Shown: piece after piece, positions 26,624-38,500 of the stretch | How positions within the stretch are numbered: position 1 is the first letter of the stretch | How the letters are laid out: the number at the start of each line of letters is the position of its first letter | Assembly (NCBI RefSeq): GCF_964355755.1 | Contig: NC_092680.1 | Span: 17,865,045 to 17,929,044 of the forward strand | Direction of reading: 5' to 3' | DNA length: 64,000 bases | Source: Antedon mediterranea | Taxonomy: Eukaryota > Animalia > Echinodermata | The notes under the pieces: generated by a model | Seen by the model: only the letters and a program-made list of their open reading frames with translations | Databases searched by the model: none | What the model was told of the DNA's origin: nothing | Made by a program: the position numbers and the translations under genes

Positions 26624-28015
26624 ATGTTTATTGTAGTTCAGCAATATAGCAAGTTGAAAAAGCAAAATCTCGACTCCAACGTCCTACAAAATTATAGACC
26701 AATAGCAAATCTTCCCTTCCTTTTCAAAGTCTTGGAAAGAATTGCAACTGCTCAGATAAAAGCATATATGGATGAACATTTCCTGTTTTCAAGAGTCCAA
26801 TCAGCCTACCGCCGCTTCCACTCAACTGAAACCGCTTTATTACGTGTTACAAACGATCTACTACTTGCTTTAGACAAAGGTAATGAAGCGGTACTTATTC
26901 TACTCGACTACTCCGCAGCATTTGACACTATCAATCATGATTTATTATTTCAACGTCTTCATAAAAGATACGGCATAAGCGGAACCGCATTGAAATGGTT
27001 TATTTCATATTTTGAGAATCGTAGACAAGCAATCATTGTGGGTGATTCGATGTCTGATGAGTTCGCTCTACCCTGGGGTGTACCACAGGGATCCGTAAAA
27101 GGTCCACTCGATTTCATCTTATACACTGGACCACTCAGCAACATCATTGATTCCCACCCGGAAGTTCGTCATATGATCTATGCAGATGACACTCAACTAT
27201 ATTTAATCATGAAAGCTACACATCACTCTGAATCTGTTAACAGCCTTGAATCATGCATTGCAGATGTTCGCTCATGGGCCATTCAAAATAAACTCATGCT
27301 CAACGACTCCAAGACTGAAATGATCCATTTTCATTCAAAGTTCCGTGAGGCATCATCATTTCCTTTGGTCCATATCGGAGATACTAGTGTCTCTACCTCC
27401 AGCTCAGCCAGAAATCTAGGCGTCCAACTAGACAACAGCCTCGGTTTAAAAGAACACATTCGTAATGTTTGCCGTGGTGCTTCCTTTGGAATTTACCAGA
27501 TCGGCCAGATTCGTAAGTACCTTGACAAAACATCAACTGAACGTCTTGTTCATGCTTTTGTTTCATCTCGTCTGGACTGTAATAACTCGCTTCTGTACGG
27601 CCTACCAACTTCTTATCTGTCTCCTCTTCAACGAATCCAAAATTCCGCCGCAAGACTTATCACTGGCACTAAACGACATGAACATATTTCTCCCGTTTTA
27701 CGTGACTTACACTGGTTGCCTGTTGATCAGCGCATTCGTTTTAAAATCCTGTTGCTGACATATAAGGCCATCAACGGATGTGCTCCAGCCTACATATGTG
27801 ACATCATTACTCCGTCAACCAACTCTTCGCTTCGTTCATCCAGCAGACTTCTTCTAAAACCTGGACCCCGTTCCAGAACTCGGTTTTACGGTGATCGTGC
27901 TTTCGCTGTCGCAGCCCCAAAACTCTGGAACACTCTACCACTCGAAATACGCTCATCAAAATCTGTTATCACATTTAAAACTAAACTCAAAACTCATCTC
28001 TTCAGAGAAGCATAA
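26624..28015 (+). CDS. LINE reverse transcriptase ORF (no endonuclease); first 10 codons derive from LTR sequence
   Basis: 463-aa uninterrupted ORF with YADD. Confidence 0.8.
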   Translation: MFIVVQQYSKLKKQNLDSNVLQNYRPIANLPFLFKVLERIATAQIKAYMDEHFLFSRVQSAYRRFHSTETALLRVTNDLLLALDKGNEAVLILLDYSAAFDTINHDLLFQRLHKRYGISGTALKWFISYFENRRQAIIVGDSMSDEFALPWGVPQGSVKGPLDFILYTGPLSNIIDSHPEVRHMIYADDTQLYLIMKATHHSESVNSLESCIADVRSWAIQNKLMLNDSKTEMIHFHSKFREASSFPLVHIGDTSVSTSSSARNLGVQLDNSLGLKEHIRNVCRGASFGIYQIGQIRKYLDKTSTERLVHAFVSSRLDCNNSLLYGLPTSYLSPLQRIQNSAARLITGTKRHEHISPVLRDLHWLPVDQRIRFKILLLTYKAINGCAPAYICDIITPSTNSSLRSSSRLLLKPGPRSRTRFYGDRAFAVAAPKLWNTLPLEIRSSKSVITFKTKLKTHLFREA

Positions 28016-28110
28016 TCGCACGCTACTACTTGCACTGATCTTGGAAAACACAGCGCTTTGAAACCTTTGTCTCTTGCGCTTTATAAATGTTATTTATTAT
28101 TATTATTATT
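26655..28110 (+). mobile_element. 5'-truncated L2/CR1-group LINE inside the 5' LTR
   Basis: RT motifs NYRPIANL, DYSAAFD, PQGS, YADD; L2-type C-terminus (HISPVLRDLHWLPV, GDRAFAVAAPKLWN); short 3' stem-loop and (TTA)n tail. Confidence 0.93.
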
Positions 28111-28319
28111 AAACATTAGTTATCATTACTAATACCTCTGGTATGTGGTTGTCATGGCTATGAGGATAGCTAACCTAGATACCAGTAAGGTGTGTGGACC
28201 TGTTGAACCTGTAAGTTCAGTCACTTGTAATGTAATATCATTACAGATTATAGTTTGAAATGAAGACCCAAAAGGTCTCACACAATATCTAAAACATATT
28301 CTGGTGCAGTCCTATGTAA

Positions 28320-28582
28320 AGCCTGGTTTCCATTAAAATCGCTACAGCGTTTCCATTAAAATCGCTACATGCGCAGATGTCGCCGACGCAATCGGGAAGG
28401 CTCCCCGATTCATCGCAGTCAAATCGGTTCAACCATGTTCAACTTTGCCGATTTTGTCGGCGATGAATCGTATACGCGTACCAAAGAATATTTAGCGCTC
28501 GCGTACTAGATCCCCGATAAATTCTAGCGTTTCCATAGAATTGCTACACTCTGTCGTGTAGCGATTTTATGGAAACCAGGCT
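28320..28582. mobile_element. Harbinger-like MITE
   Basis: TIR AGCCTGGTTTCCAT(T)AAAATCGCTACA, TSD TAA. Confidence 0.85.
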
Positions 28583-28689
28583 TAAGCACAACAAGCACCA
28601 TAATGCTAGAGATAAATACGGTAATATCAAACACACTAAAACTCTGTGTACACTATCAAACTGATGTTACAAAAAATGTGACGTGACAT

Positions 28690-29008
28690 AAGACAAGACA
28701 TAAGACATACTTTATTATCTCCAAAGAAGAAATTACAGTAGCTTGCAAAACAACAAGATAAAACATATACAACCACCCCACAAGTTACCTTTTATGATCT
28801 TCATTTAAGAAAACAATACCCTACTACAAAAGAATCACAGTATCTGTTGGTGGTAAAAGCAGGAACTCTCACTTCTGGGGATATAATGTCTGACAATCAC
28901 ATCATAGAGAGGATGAGTCTCATCATCAGTCATTATATGACAAAACAAATTTGTAACCCTGACTCTAAAAAGAGAGTCAACAGAAGGCAAACAGACACCC
29001 TTGATTCT
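28690..29008 (-). mobile_element. 3' fragment of a Rex1/Babar-like LINE inserted in a Harbinger MITE
   Basis: Peptide IMTDDETHPL resembles the C-terminal DxxHPL motif; AATAAA and (TGTCTT)n tail; splits MITE 28640-29150. Confidence 0.55.
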
Positions 29009-29322
29009 GTGCCTATATATGGACATGATGATGTCATATCACAACCGTATTTGGGCATATCACCACCATATTTGGGCATATCACTACCATATTTGGGCAT
29101 ATCACATTTTTTTTGTCAAACTAGTTTGATAGTGTACTGTAGACAGAGCTTTAGGTTAGAAAACAAAACATGTACAAGCCTAAAAGTTGTCAAGTAAAAA
29201 TATTGTCAAGCAAGTATTTTATTTATACATAAAGTATTAAATAACAGATTTATATACCATGACATTTATTGATCTGAAACATGAGAATAAATCAAATATA
29301 AATTTGAAGAACAAAATATTAA

Positions 29323-29949
29323 AGCCCCATTCCCTACGTTTTTTTAGATCTAATTTAAGATCAAAAACTATATTTAATGTAAAAATAATACTATATGATC
29401 CTATTGCGATAACTTTTTTCGTCTTTAAACGGTTAAAAATGTGAAAAATAATTTGATTCTAATAATTATAGCGGCCCGCTATAAATCCCAAAATGCATTG
29501 CGCGCGGATTGATATTTTTGTTTTTCACCTGTAATTCGCCCACTTTTCGATCGATCGTGAGGCCAAAACAAATGGAAGACTCCTAACTTTTCAGCGAAAA
29601 TACTGGGTTTTCCCCAATTTGTATCAACGGAGTCTGGCAAAAATAGAAAGACAATTAATACAGCAACTATACAACGTCAGGCTAGGTATATAGGTAGCGT
29701 ACGATGTTCGTACGCTACCGATGTTTACCAGCTAGGCCTACAAAACTAAGCCTAGCTAGGCTAGGCCTAAGACCGTCCACGAGAGGTCGATCGCCGCGAG
29801 CTACTTAGGTAGTGCATTGTTTCTCACTTTTTATCATAATTTACCATAAAACGTACATTTAAGACAAGGAATGACATGGTTTAATGTTTTTAAAGTGATA
29901 TATATGTATTATTTTCCAAAAAACGTCCAAAATTGCAGGGAAGGGGTCT
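29323..29949. mobile_element. TTAA-flanked MITE (Kolobok-like)
   Basis: TTAA|AGCCCCATTCCCTAC ... GCAGGGAAGGGGTCT|TTAA. Confidence 0.7.
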
Positions 29950-31902
29950 TTAAATTACACTGCTTTTGTATATTTCATTTTAGCAGTTCAATAGTTGATA
30001 TAAATAAAACACTATAAATACATTACTACAGTACTTACAGTAAATGCAGTATAATGTTTTAAATGTAAAAATGGGTGATTTAATATCGGTATTTCATTGA
30101 CAGTATTTTTAAGGTTTGGAGCATAAACAGGTTCTCAGACAATATGCTTCTATACTGAGAGTATTGTATTAAAAAACAATTGACAAGCCCTATTTTAAAA
30201 CTGCCTGCAGCAACAGTTATTTTAATAACCCCAGAAGACCAATATTTACCGTCGAGTATCTACAGAGTAGACAAAAAAATAGACTTGTTGTTTATATACC
30301 AATTGCCATTTTCACACTTATACTTACTATTGCTCAGGCCCACCTCAAGCATGGCCGATACAAAATGGTAGTGTAGTCCTGTTCAAAGCTAGTTTTCATG
30401 GTTTAAATTGGGTCAGCAGTTTCAGAGAGAGAACCTAATTAAATTCTGTTTGGACTAAGCTGAAAGCTGAACTAAAATCTAGGTTGATGTTCATTTTAAG
30501 AGTCAAGAAACAACACATTTGAAAATTATAATGCAAAAGATAGGACATCAGATTAAGTTCAGCACTTCACCATTTTCAGTCCCTTGCATCTACATCCCAA
30601 CCCCACCCCGTAAAAACCCACAACCCTTTCTATTTAGAAATCTTGGATTTGCTACTGCACAAACAAATAGCTGCTCGTCAAATACAGTATCTCTTGTATA
30701 ACAAGGAAGAAATTCTACAGTAAGAAGTAGGCTAGGGACAAATACAGTAGGGGGATTTGGATTGTGTGAGAGCAAAAAGAAAATGGCTGTGCGCTAACGG
30801 TATCCAAATGCGCAAAGTGATCTGCAATGTAATCTACGAAAGAGCTGTCACAACTAAAACAACATTATCAAATTACTTGATCAAATAAATTCCACCTAAT
30901 AAAGTTTCAGCATTGACATATATACAAAGATAAATATTGATCTTTACCACAGTATTACTAAGTAACCACTTAGCATTGTCAACTTTCTCATCATTGGATA
31001 AACACAAATTATTTGTTAAAGGTCACTATAAGTATGCAGTGAAAGTATGGAATAGAAAAAGAATTTATTGAAGAACAATTAAGAATAATTAAAGAATATC
31101 AAATTTAAAAAGAGTGCATTCTGATGTTAAAAAAAGAAGAAATGATGGTGGTTTGTGGGCATGTCCCCCATTCAAGGGCTTGATTTACGGCCTATACCAT
31201 TTATGGATAGGGTGTGTTTTTTTTCTACTTTTTGAGTTATATTTTACTCCTCAACAATAGGCTAATGTTGGTTTAACTACTGTAGGTAAACCTAGATAGC
31301 CACAAGAGGACAGTCTGACGATTTTTTAGAGAAAATAAATGATGATGGTGGTATGTGAGGATACTCCTTGTGGATTATACCATTTATGAAGAGGGTGTTC
31401 AATGAAGTGTATAAAGGAGAAGGGCTGTTATCGGTTTATCCAAGTATCAAAAGATAAGCTATCTATAAAAACAACATAAATGAATTCTAACAAGCACGAA
31501 TGTGCAATACTCGGGGTACAGCGAAAGTAGCTGTAATGACGTCATAAGACCGGATGTAACGTCAAATACACATCAATAACCGCGCTACTAAATACGGCTA
31601 TACGGTACCATCTTCGAGACGTGATATGGCTGCATCCGGTTTGAAATAAAAAATCCGGCTGTATAGCTTTGAGGACATGTCCCTGTAGTATATTCATGCT
31701 AAATCTGAGCTCAATACTACCACGAATAAGGGAGGAGTAGTACTTTATAAATCGCACTTTTTGCTCAATAGTGTCCAGATGGAAGAAGAAGAGGAAAAGA
31801 TTAGAGAGTCCTAGACTCAGGTACCCCGAGTAATAAACGAGATATATATACTCTATATCATATTACGTATACAGTATATTTCACCATAAAGTTTAAGCAA
31901 AA

Positions 31903-31978
31903 TGGTCTCGCCATGAGGGCTCGAACCGGGGACCTTCTGCGCGTTAAGCAGACTTGATAACCACTACACTACGAAACC
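31903..31978 (-). pseudogene. tRNA-Val(AAC) pseudogene
   Basis: GGTTTCGTAGTGTAGTGGTTATC..TCTGC-TTAACGC-GCAGA..GGTTCGAGCCC. The 3' side of the T stem is disrupted (CCTCATGG instead of CCGGG). Confidence 0.8.
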
Positions 31979-32190
31979 TCTTACACCAAAAATGTGGGTT
32001 ACACAAAGTTTTTTAATCCATTTAAATTACAAATAAATTATTATGGTAATAAGCACAAAGCAAGATAAACATGTGTAAAAGTGATAATTACCGATTACAC
32101 AAAATAAATATTTAAAAAAATAATAACAATAAGATATACTGTATATCAAATTGCGTATACAGTACTTTTCACTATAAAGTTAAAAAAAAA

Positions 32191-32263
32191 AGGTTTCGCC
32201 CGGGCTCGAACCGGGGACCTTCTGCGTGTTAAACAGACGTGATAACCACTACGCCAAGAAGCC
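32191..32263 (-). tRNA. tRNA-Val(AAC), possibly a pseudogene
   Basis: 73-nt cloverleaf, anticodon AAC, intact A/B boxes, followed by poly-T; two mismatches in the acceptor stem. Confidence 0.7.
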
Positions 32264-33091
32264 GCATATAACTACATAACGCTGTGGTGTGTGTCACACA
32301 TTGTGGCTTCTTAATTAAACAAATTAATTAAAAAATGAAGCTGTAATGACGTCATAAGACGGGATGTGACGTCACATACACATCAATAACCTACCAAATA
32401 CGGCTATATGGTACCATCTTCGAGACGTCATATGGCTGCATCCGGTTTGAAATTTTAAAATCCGGCTCTATAGATTTGAGGACATGTCCCTGTAGTATAT
32501 TCATGCCAAATCCCAGCTCAATACTACAACTAATAAGGGAGGAGTAGTACTTTAAAAATCGCACTTTTTACTCAATAGTGTCCAGATGGAGGAAGAGGAG
32601 AAAATGAGTAAGTCCTAGACTCGGGTACCCCGAGTAAAAAGGATGACAATGGACACATGTTTCTTTTTCCATTTAAAAAACAGTATTTATGTCACGTATA
32701 ATATAGCTATAAATAATAGTTGATACACAGGGGATAACATTTGATGATTACACTCCTAAAAACAGAAAGTTTTTAACATCTGGTCCTACTCATGCAGTGC
32801 CAGTTATGATGAGAAATTAAAAAGCACTTAATGTTTAAAGTACGATATAAACTTCTCAACTACAAACACAATATAATATATGGCATCATTATTATGAGAA
32901 TATTTTCGACAATTACAAACTTTCTCAATTTCATACTATGTTGTCATAGCGGTACACCTTTTAAACTATGTTAGGATTAAGCTCTGTCTACACTATCCAA
33001 CTGTATGTGACAAAAATGTGATGTGCCCATATATGGATGTCATATCACTACCATATTTGAGCACATCACACCTTTTTGTCAAACTAGTTTG

Positions 33092-33809
33092 CAGTGGTGG
33101 CGCCAGCGGGGGGGCTACGGGGGCGAGTAATTTTCGTCGGGGAATATAATATACAGTAAAAATCATTCGCGTTCACTTAGAAAACCGCGACGTTCCATTG
33201 TTTTAGTACGTCGGACGGAGAGCTATTACACTTTTTTGCATGCATTATTGCCGGTGATCTAATAAACAATAGGTATGCGCCTATTTTCGAAATACTATAA
33301 TCAAATTTCCGGGGACCTAACAACTCTACTTGATCATTTGCTCTATCTCAACCTCGGTGGGCTGGTTCTCTGGTAGACTTGTAATTTCTTTTCATATATC
33401 AATGTATAATTGCAATTTCCGGGGACCTAGCAGCTAGCTCTATTTTTCTTACAGATCAGCCCATGGATGTTAGTCTCGCGCATTTACAATTTTCGCACCC
33501 CCACCAAACAGCAACCTGCCTACGCCTCTGCGATTATAACGATATACTGTACATCTTGGCCCGTGGAAAGTTTTACGTTCGCGTATATTTTCTATGATAG
33601 GCATATTGAACTTCATTTTTAGAATTGAAAGAATGGATTTACACAGTCATGGCATCGGATCTTGTGCAATGTGTTTTATCGCACAGTATTTTATCTATAT
33701 ACCATAGAAAATGGAAAAAGTTGGCTACCCTAAATCTGATTAAAACGGCCTCAAATTACGCTATAACGCGTTGCTTCCGGGGGCGTCACCCCCTGGACCC
33801 GCACCGCTG
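33092..33809. mobile_element. hAT-type MITE nested in Harbinger MITE 32980-33834
   Basis: CAGTGGTG...CACCGCTG termini with perfect 8-bp TSD CTAGTTTG. Confidence 0.85.
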
Positions 33810-33859
33810 CTAGTTTGATAGTGTAGACAGAGCTTAACAGAAAAACAAAGATTACTCAC

Positions 33860-34281
33860 GGATGGTTCAAGTGAACCTAGCCTTTCTTCATAAGATGATT
33901 CATCTCCGCCAGATGATGTTATATGCATGCTCTTTGCCCTTACTGACAAATTCTTGTTTAACTGTCCATTATTTCTCAATCCTGAGATATCTGCTTCACT
34001 GTAAGAATTCTCTCTTGATAAATGAGTACTTTTTGAAGTTTTTGAGTTATTCATAGATTCAGAAAGTAAGCTGTCTTTTTTCGCTTTCCGCTTCTCTTTC
34101 CATTTCTTCACTTTTGCTTTTCCTCTGATCTTGTTCCATACACTCTTTTTCTTCTTCTCCTTCTGGTGACTGTCATTTTCTTTTTGGTAGCTCCCTGTCG
34201 ATGCAGTTGATGACCGGAGGCTGCCATTTCCATCTTTCAAACTATTGGTACTGTCACTGAAGTAGGCTCCAGTATCTTCAA
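33860..34281 (-). CDS. MCTP1: MCTP-family gene, exon 2 (low-complexity Ser/Lys-rich N-terminal region)
   Basis: Open frame EDTGAYFSDS...LGSLEPS; acceptor tgtttttAG (phase 1); donor GTGAGT (phase 0). Phases match exon 1 upstream and exon 726-1044 downstream. Confidence 0.75.
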
Positions 34282-34324
34282 CTAAAAACATAAATTTTAA
34301 AATAATTAAACAAAATTGATTAGC

Positions 34325-34480
34325 AGATGTGTTCCATGCCATATTGGAAGACACCAATCATCCTCTTCATGGCAACATTTTCGGCTCCATTATCGTTAGA
34401 AGTGGTAGGATGAGGACGGTGAATCCGCAGACGGACCGTTAAAAGTACTCATTCTACCCAACTGGAATGCAACATTATAA
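34325..34480 (+). mobile_element. Decayed 3' fragment of a Rex1/Babar-like LINE
   Basis: ILEDTNHPLH...RSGRMR..TDR*KYSFYP remnant. Confidence 0.5.
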
Positions 34481-35526
34481 AAATTTGTTAGATAGTTCTT
34501 CTTTTCCTTTATATTTATTTAAGGCAAGTCAAGATATGAGCACTGTAATTTCCATTATATTGGATAATAAAAGGAATCTGTATCTGTGTACTGTAGATCC
34601 TCCATTTTTTTTTATGAAATTACATTTCTATTATTTACATAACACTTGAATAAAAGTAAAATGTGTTGATCAAATGATATTCAATTTATCTGTTCCATAA
34701 TAAATATTATACAAATATAAAATAAATACTTTATAATTAATAAATACCCTTACTAAAAAAACTTTGCATTTTATTTACTATTGGTGTGTTACACAGCTGT
34801 GTAAACTAAACTCACTGCAGTAGTTCAATATATTATTTTTAATTTAACGCTGTTGATTAATTTGTTTATTTCATTATCAATCAAAAAGAATAGTATTTTC
34901 AAAAGATTTGGTATACACAAAGCTTTGAGAACTATACCATTATCCAACAGGGTGTGATATTTTAATGTATATTAATGTTCTTCCTTTCGTAATGTATTCC
35001 TCTTTTTGGAGAGAGGCTAATGTTGGTTTATCCAGGTAAGCTAGGCACGAAATATAGACTGAAATATTATGATTTTTATTTTTCCTTAGCTATGTTTACA
35101 TGGCACTCTTTTCGGAGTTAAAATTTTGTCATAGAAGTTATAAATTGTTGTTTAATAGATTGTTTTTTGTTTAAACGCAAAAATATACACCATTTTAAAC
35201 ATCAGGTATACTGTACCTCCGACTTGGATATGATTCAGATCAGCTTAAGGGTGCATAGAACTGAGTTACTCTAGTATGTGTGAACTCAACGATAATACAG
35301 TATACAGTGAAGACATATTGATATTAACTGGGAAGCAATTAAATGAAAGCAATATTAATTTACATTTTAGTGACATATAAGATAAATAAGTATCATTGTT
35401 ATGACACTTGTCATAAACAAGTTGTCAACTTTAAACATTTAATAATTCACTACCTGTATGTCACAATTCTTAACAATTTAATTTAATATCCGAATATACT
35501 CGATACAAGAAGCCAATTACACAGTA

Positions 35527-38500
35527 TAGTCCAGTCCCTAAGGGGAGAAAAAGGGGTGGGATGTTACCAGACTGGATACAAATTTTTCAGTATAGCAGTT
35601 TGGTAGAGTATAGTGTGGAGATGCCAAAACAAAGTTACTGGAAATCTGATTTGACCTCTGTGACCTCTGACCTCAATTTTTATATTTTTCTATTATATAA
35701 CTAAAAATCACCATATCTTGACAACGCAGGGACATTTTACATTTATTTTTTTTTCAAAATGCTTGGAAGATATATATTTATATTCGCTATAATGAAAATA
35801 ATTTTACAAAAATGGCCGCAAAGGCTTTATTTTTCAGTTTGACCTTTGACCTTGATTGCCTAATATCTCAATAACACGCAATCTCAGCGATTTGAGAATG
35901 GGCTCAAAATGTTAAGAAAATAAATCTAATATTTAGTCTAATAGAAACTTTTTTCAAAAAATTACCATAAATTAAGCTTTTTTGACCCTTGACCTCTAAT
36001 GTTTGAATATGTCAATATCTCGGTAACTATTTGTCCTAAAAAGTTCAGTTTGGTGTCAAATTGTTTAGAATATACACATTTATATTTGCTCTAACAAAAT
36101 ATTTTGTCAGAATTCAATTGGAAATGTCATTTTGAGCTATGACCCATCGTTTTGCATATATTTAGCAATTAATAATCTATAAAAAGAGATCGAGAGAGTG
36201 GAGAGGGTTGGGGTGGATGGAGAGACACATATTTTTGTTACATGTTACACAAATGTTAAACTCTGTCTACACTATAACATTTTTATGCGACAAAAAATTG
36301 TGATGTGCCCATATATGGACACGATGAATGACATATCATGATGAACACCATATTTGGGCACATCACACCTTTTTTGTTAAACTAGTTTATTATAGTGTAG
36401 ACAAACATGTAAAAAATATGTGTCTCTCCATCACCCCAACCACCTCCCCCTCTCTCGCTTTTCCAATGCTACTGCATGCATCTATACACATCAAAATGAC
36501 CGGAATTGTACTGGAAAGTTTTTAGCTACATTTGAAAATAAGTCCCAGAGGATGGGTGTATTGTAATGTTATCAAAATTATGGCAATTGTTTGTAATGGG
36601 AAAGTTTTAAAACTACATTTGAAATGTTTGCTAATACTATCACATGCTATTAAAGATATACTTATTTTCCCCCTGACAAAAGTAATTTTGACAAATATTT
36701 TTGTTGAATATGCAATTTTAATGTCACACATAATAGTTTCACCAAAAATTGGATTGAAAAAAAATGATATAGTGCATACCCAAAAAAACTGTAATTCAAA
36801 GCAAAAAATAGGCTGGAAGTCAATAGTGGGGTTCACATGGAACTATGTCTAGAAGAAGTGGATTTAACAATTTTCTACTAACTGGACTAACCTTGACAAA
36901 TCCCGTTCTTTGGTACAATTATGTCTAGTTAATTAAATTTCATAAAATCCTGGTATTGGAGATTTTAAATGCTATTTTATGTAAAAAAAATCATCTATTT
37001 CTTTTATTTATCCCGTATGTTGTTTACTTTTAACTTCTGATTACAAACAATTGGTCATTTTACTTTCTGTGTTAAATTTTGTATTCTATTTTTCAGTATA
37101 GTAAATATTTTAGGCCTACCATCTTCTAATATCTATTAGACCTCTGTCCTCGTCAGACATAGTTCATTTAATTTTTAGGACATTTTATGGGGTACACAAT
37201 GAAGAATGACCATATTCTTTGCAATTCAAATGTTAAATATGAAAATGAAATGGGTTAAAAAATTCTTCAATTTCATTGGTGCAAATGAGGCTAAAGGCCA
37301 CCCGCTGGGTTGTTAATTGGATTTATTACCCTCATAAAATAACTGGCTATCCTTGGATTTACTTCTAAATCCAAGCAGCAATAATTGTCCTGAAAAAAAA
37401 CATCATCCGGACATAATTGAGCGTTCACATCCAAATTATGGCGAGATCATGTAGATAATCTACTTAAATTAACTAGCCTTTATTTTGTCTTTAAAGTGAT
37501 ATTTACTCTATATTTTAGATTAGCTCTTTGATTAAACACCTCTTCCAATGCAGTGAAGATCTTAAGTGTCGCCTTGTCTTACTAATCTTCCTTAACTTCT
37601 CTTTGAACGATCGTAATCAATATTTGTTGAGGTATAATATTTCCCTCTAATATGGTAATGCCTGTTTTATTGAGTCAAATGCTTTCTGATAATCTCTAAA
37701 TCAAAGATTTGGTGATATTCATTTCCTTTTTATTTTAGTTGATTGACAAACTGTATAAGATGGTCCTACTGTATAAAGCCTTATATATTGGTTTATTTAC
37801 TTCTAGTCGGTCTCTGATTTTGTTTTTTGATTACTTTTGTAAATTATTTGTGTACATGTGATAATGTTCGTTTGGTCGGTAATGGTTGATGTCAGTTTTG
37901 TCATGTTTTTGTGGATTAAAGTATAATTATCATTGCTTCTCTTAATTTCTTCTGGTTTCAAAGATTTTGTTGTATAGTGTTATGAGCTGGATGTGGTATT
38001 GCCTCATCAAGCCAAGATGGTAATTTTGACTGCTCACTGGTTTGTTTTCCTTTTATATTCCACTACAGTATGTTCTTGAAAAGAAATCAGCTTTGTAATT
38101 AATTTGTCTTTGATCCTTTTCAGATTTCTAATATTTTAAACATGTTTTTCTTTTCTTCGCTTTTTCCTCACTGTTTCAAACATTTTATTTTTTCAGCATA
38201 CTTCAAGCAATTAATTGATAATTAGGTCATATGTTTTATGAGTATCAAATCGCATTGGTTAATTCTTCTTTTCTTTCTTTAAGATCCTGATTTTCTTTCT
38301 TTTTTTTAAATGTTATTTAACTTTTAAGTTTATCTAATTTTTTGTTGATATTAAGTGTTGCTCTTACGGTGTAGGCCTACCATGCGATGGAATTATATAT
38401 TGAAATTAAATTAAACATTAAGTTTTAAGAAAATTGTAAAAGGCTAAATAGGATATTGAATGTAGTTCTGGTCCATTAAATCTATATTTTAGGTATATTA

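Larger units (their letters stand above)
18566..28245 (-). mobile_element. Full-length Ty3/Gypsy (Mag-like) LTR retrotransposon with two nested insertions in its 5' LTR
   Basis: TG...CA LTRs; 5-bp TSD GATTA (18561-18565 and 28246-28250); PBS TGGTGTCAGAA (tRNA-Leu type) at 23173-23163; PPT AAAAGAGGGAAGA next to the 3' LTR. Confidence 0.96.
31489..32640. mobile_element. Helentron/HINE-like composite with duplicated core enclosing the tRNA-Val pair
   Basis: AACAAG + small hairpin + subterminal IR TACTCGGGGTAC (31508-31519); complementary GTACCCCGAGTA at 31821 and 32625; ~300-bp direct repeats 31529-31832 and 32339-32636. Confidence 0.55.

Noticed and set aside
37119-37160. ATG exon MSDEDRGLIDIRR with GT donor
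   Set aside because: Phase 2, incompatible with MCTP exon 2; lies within a transposon.
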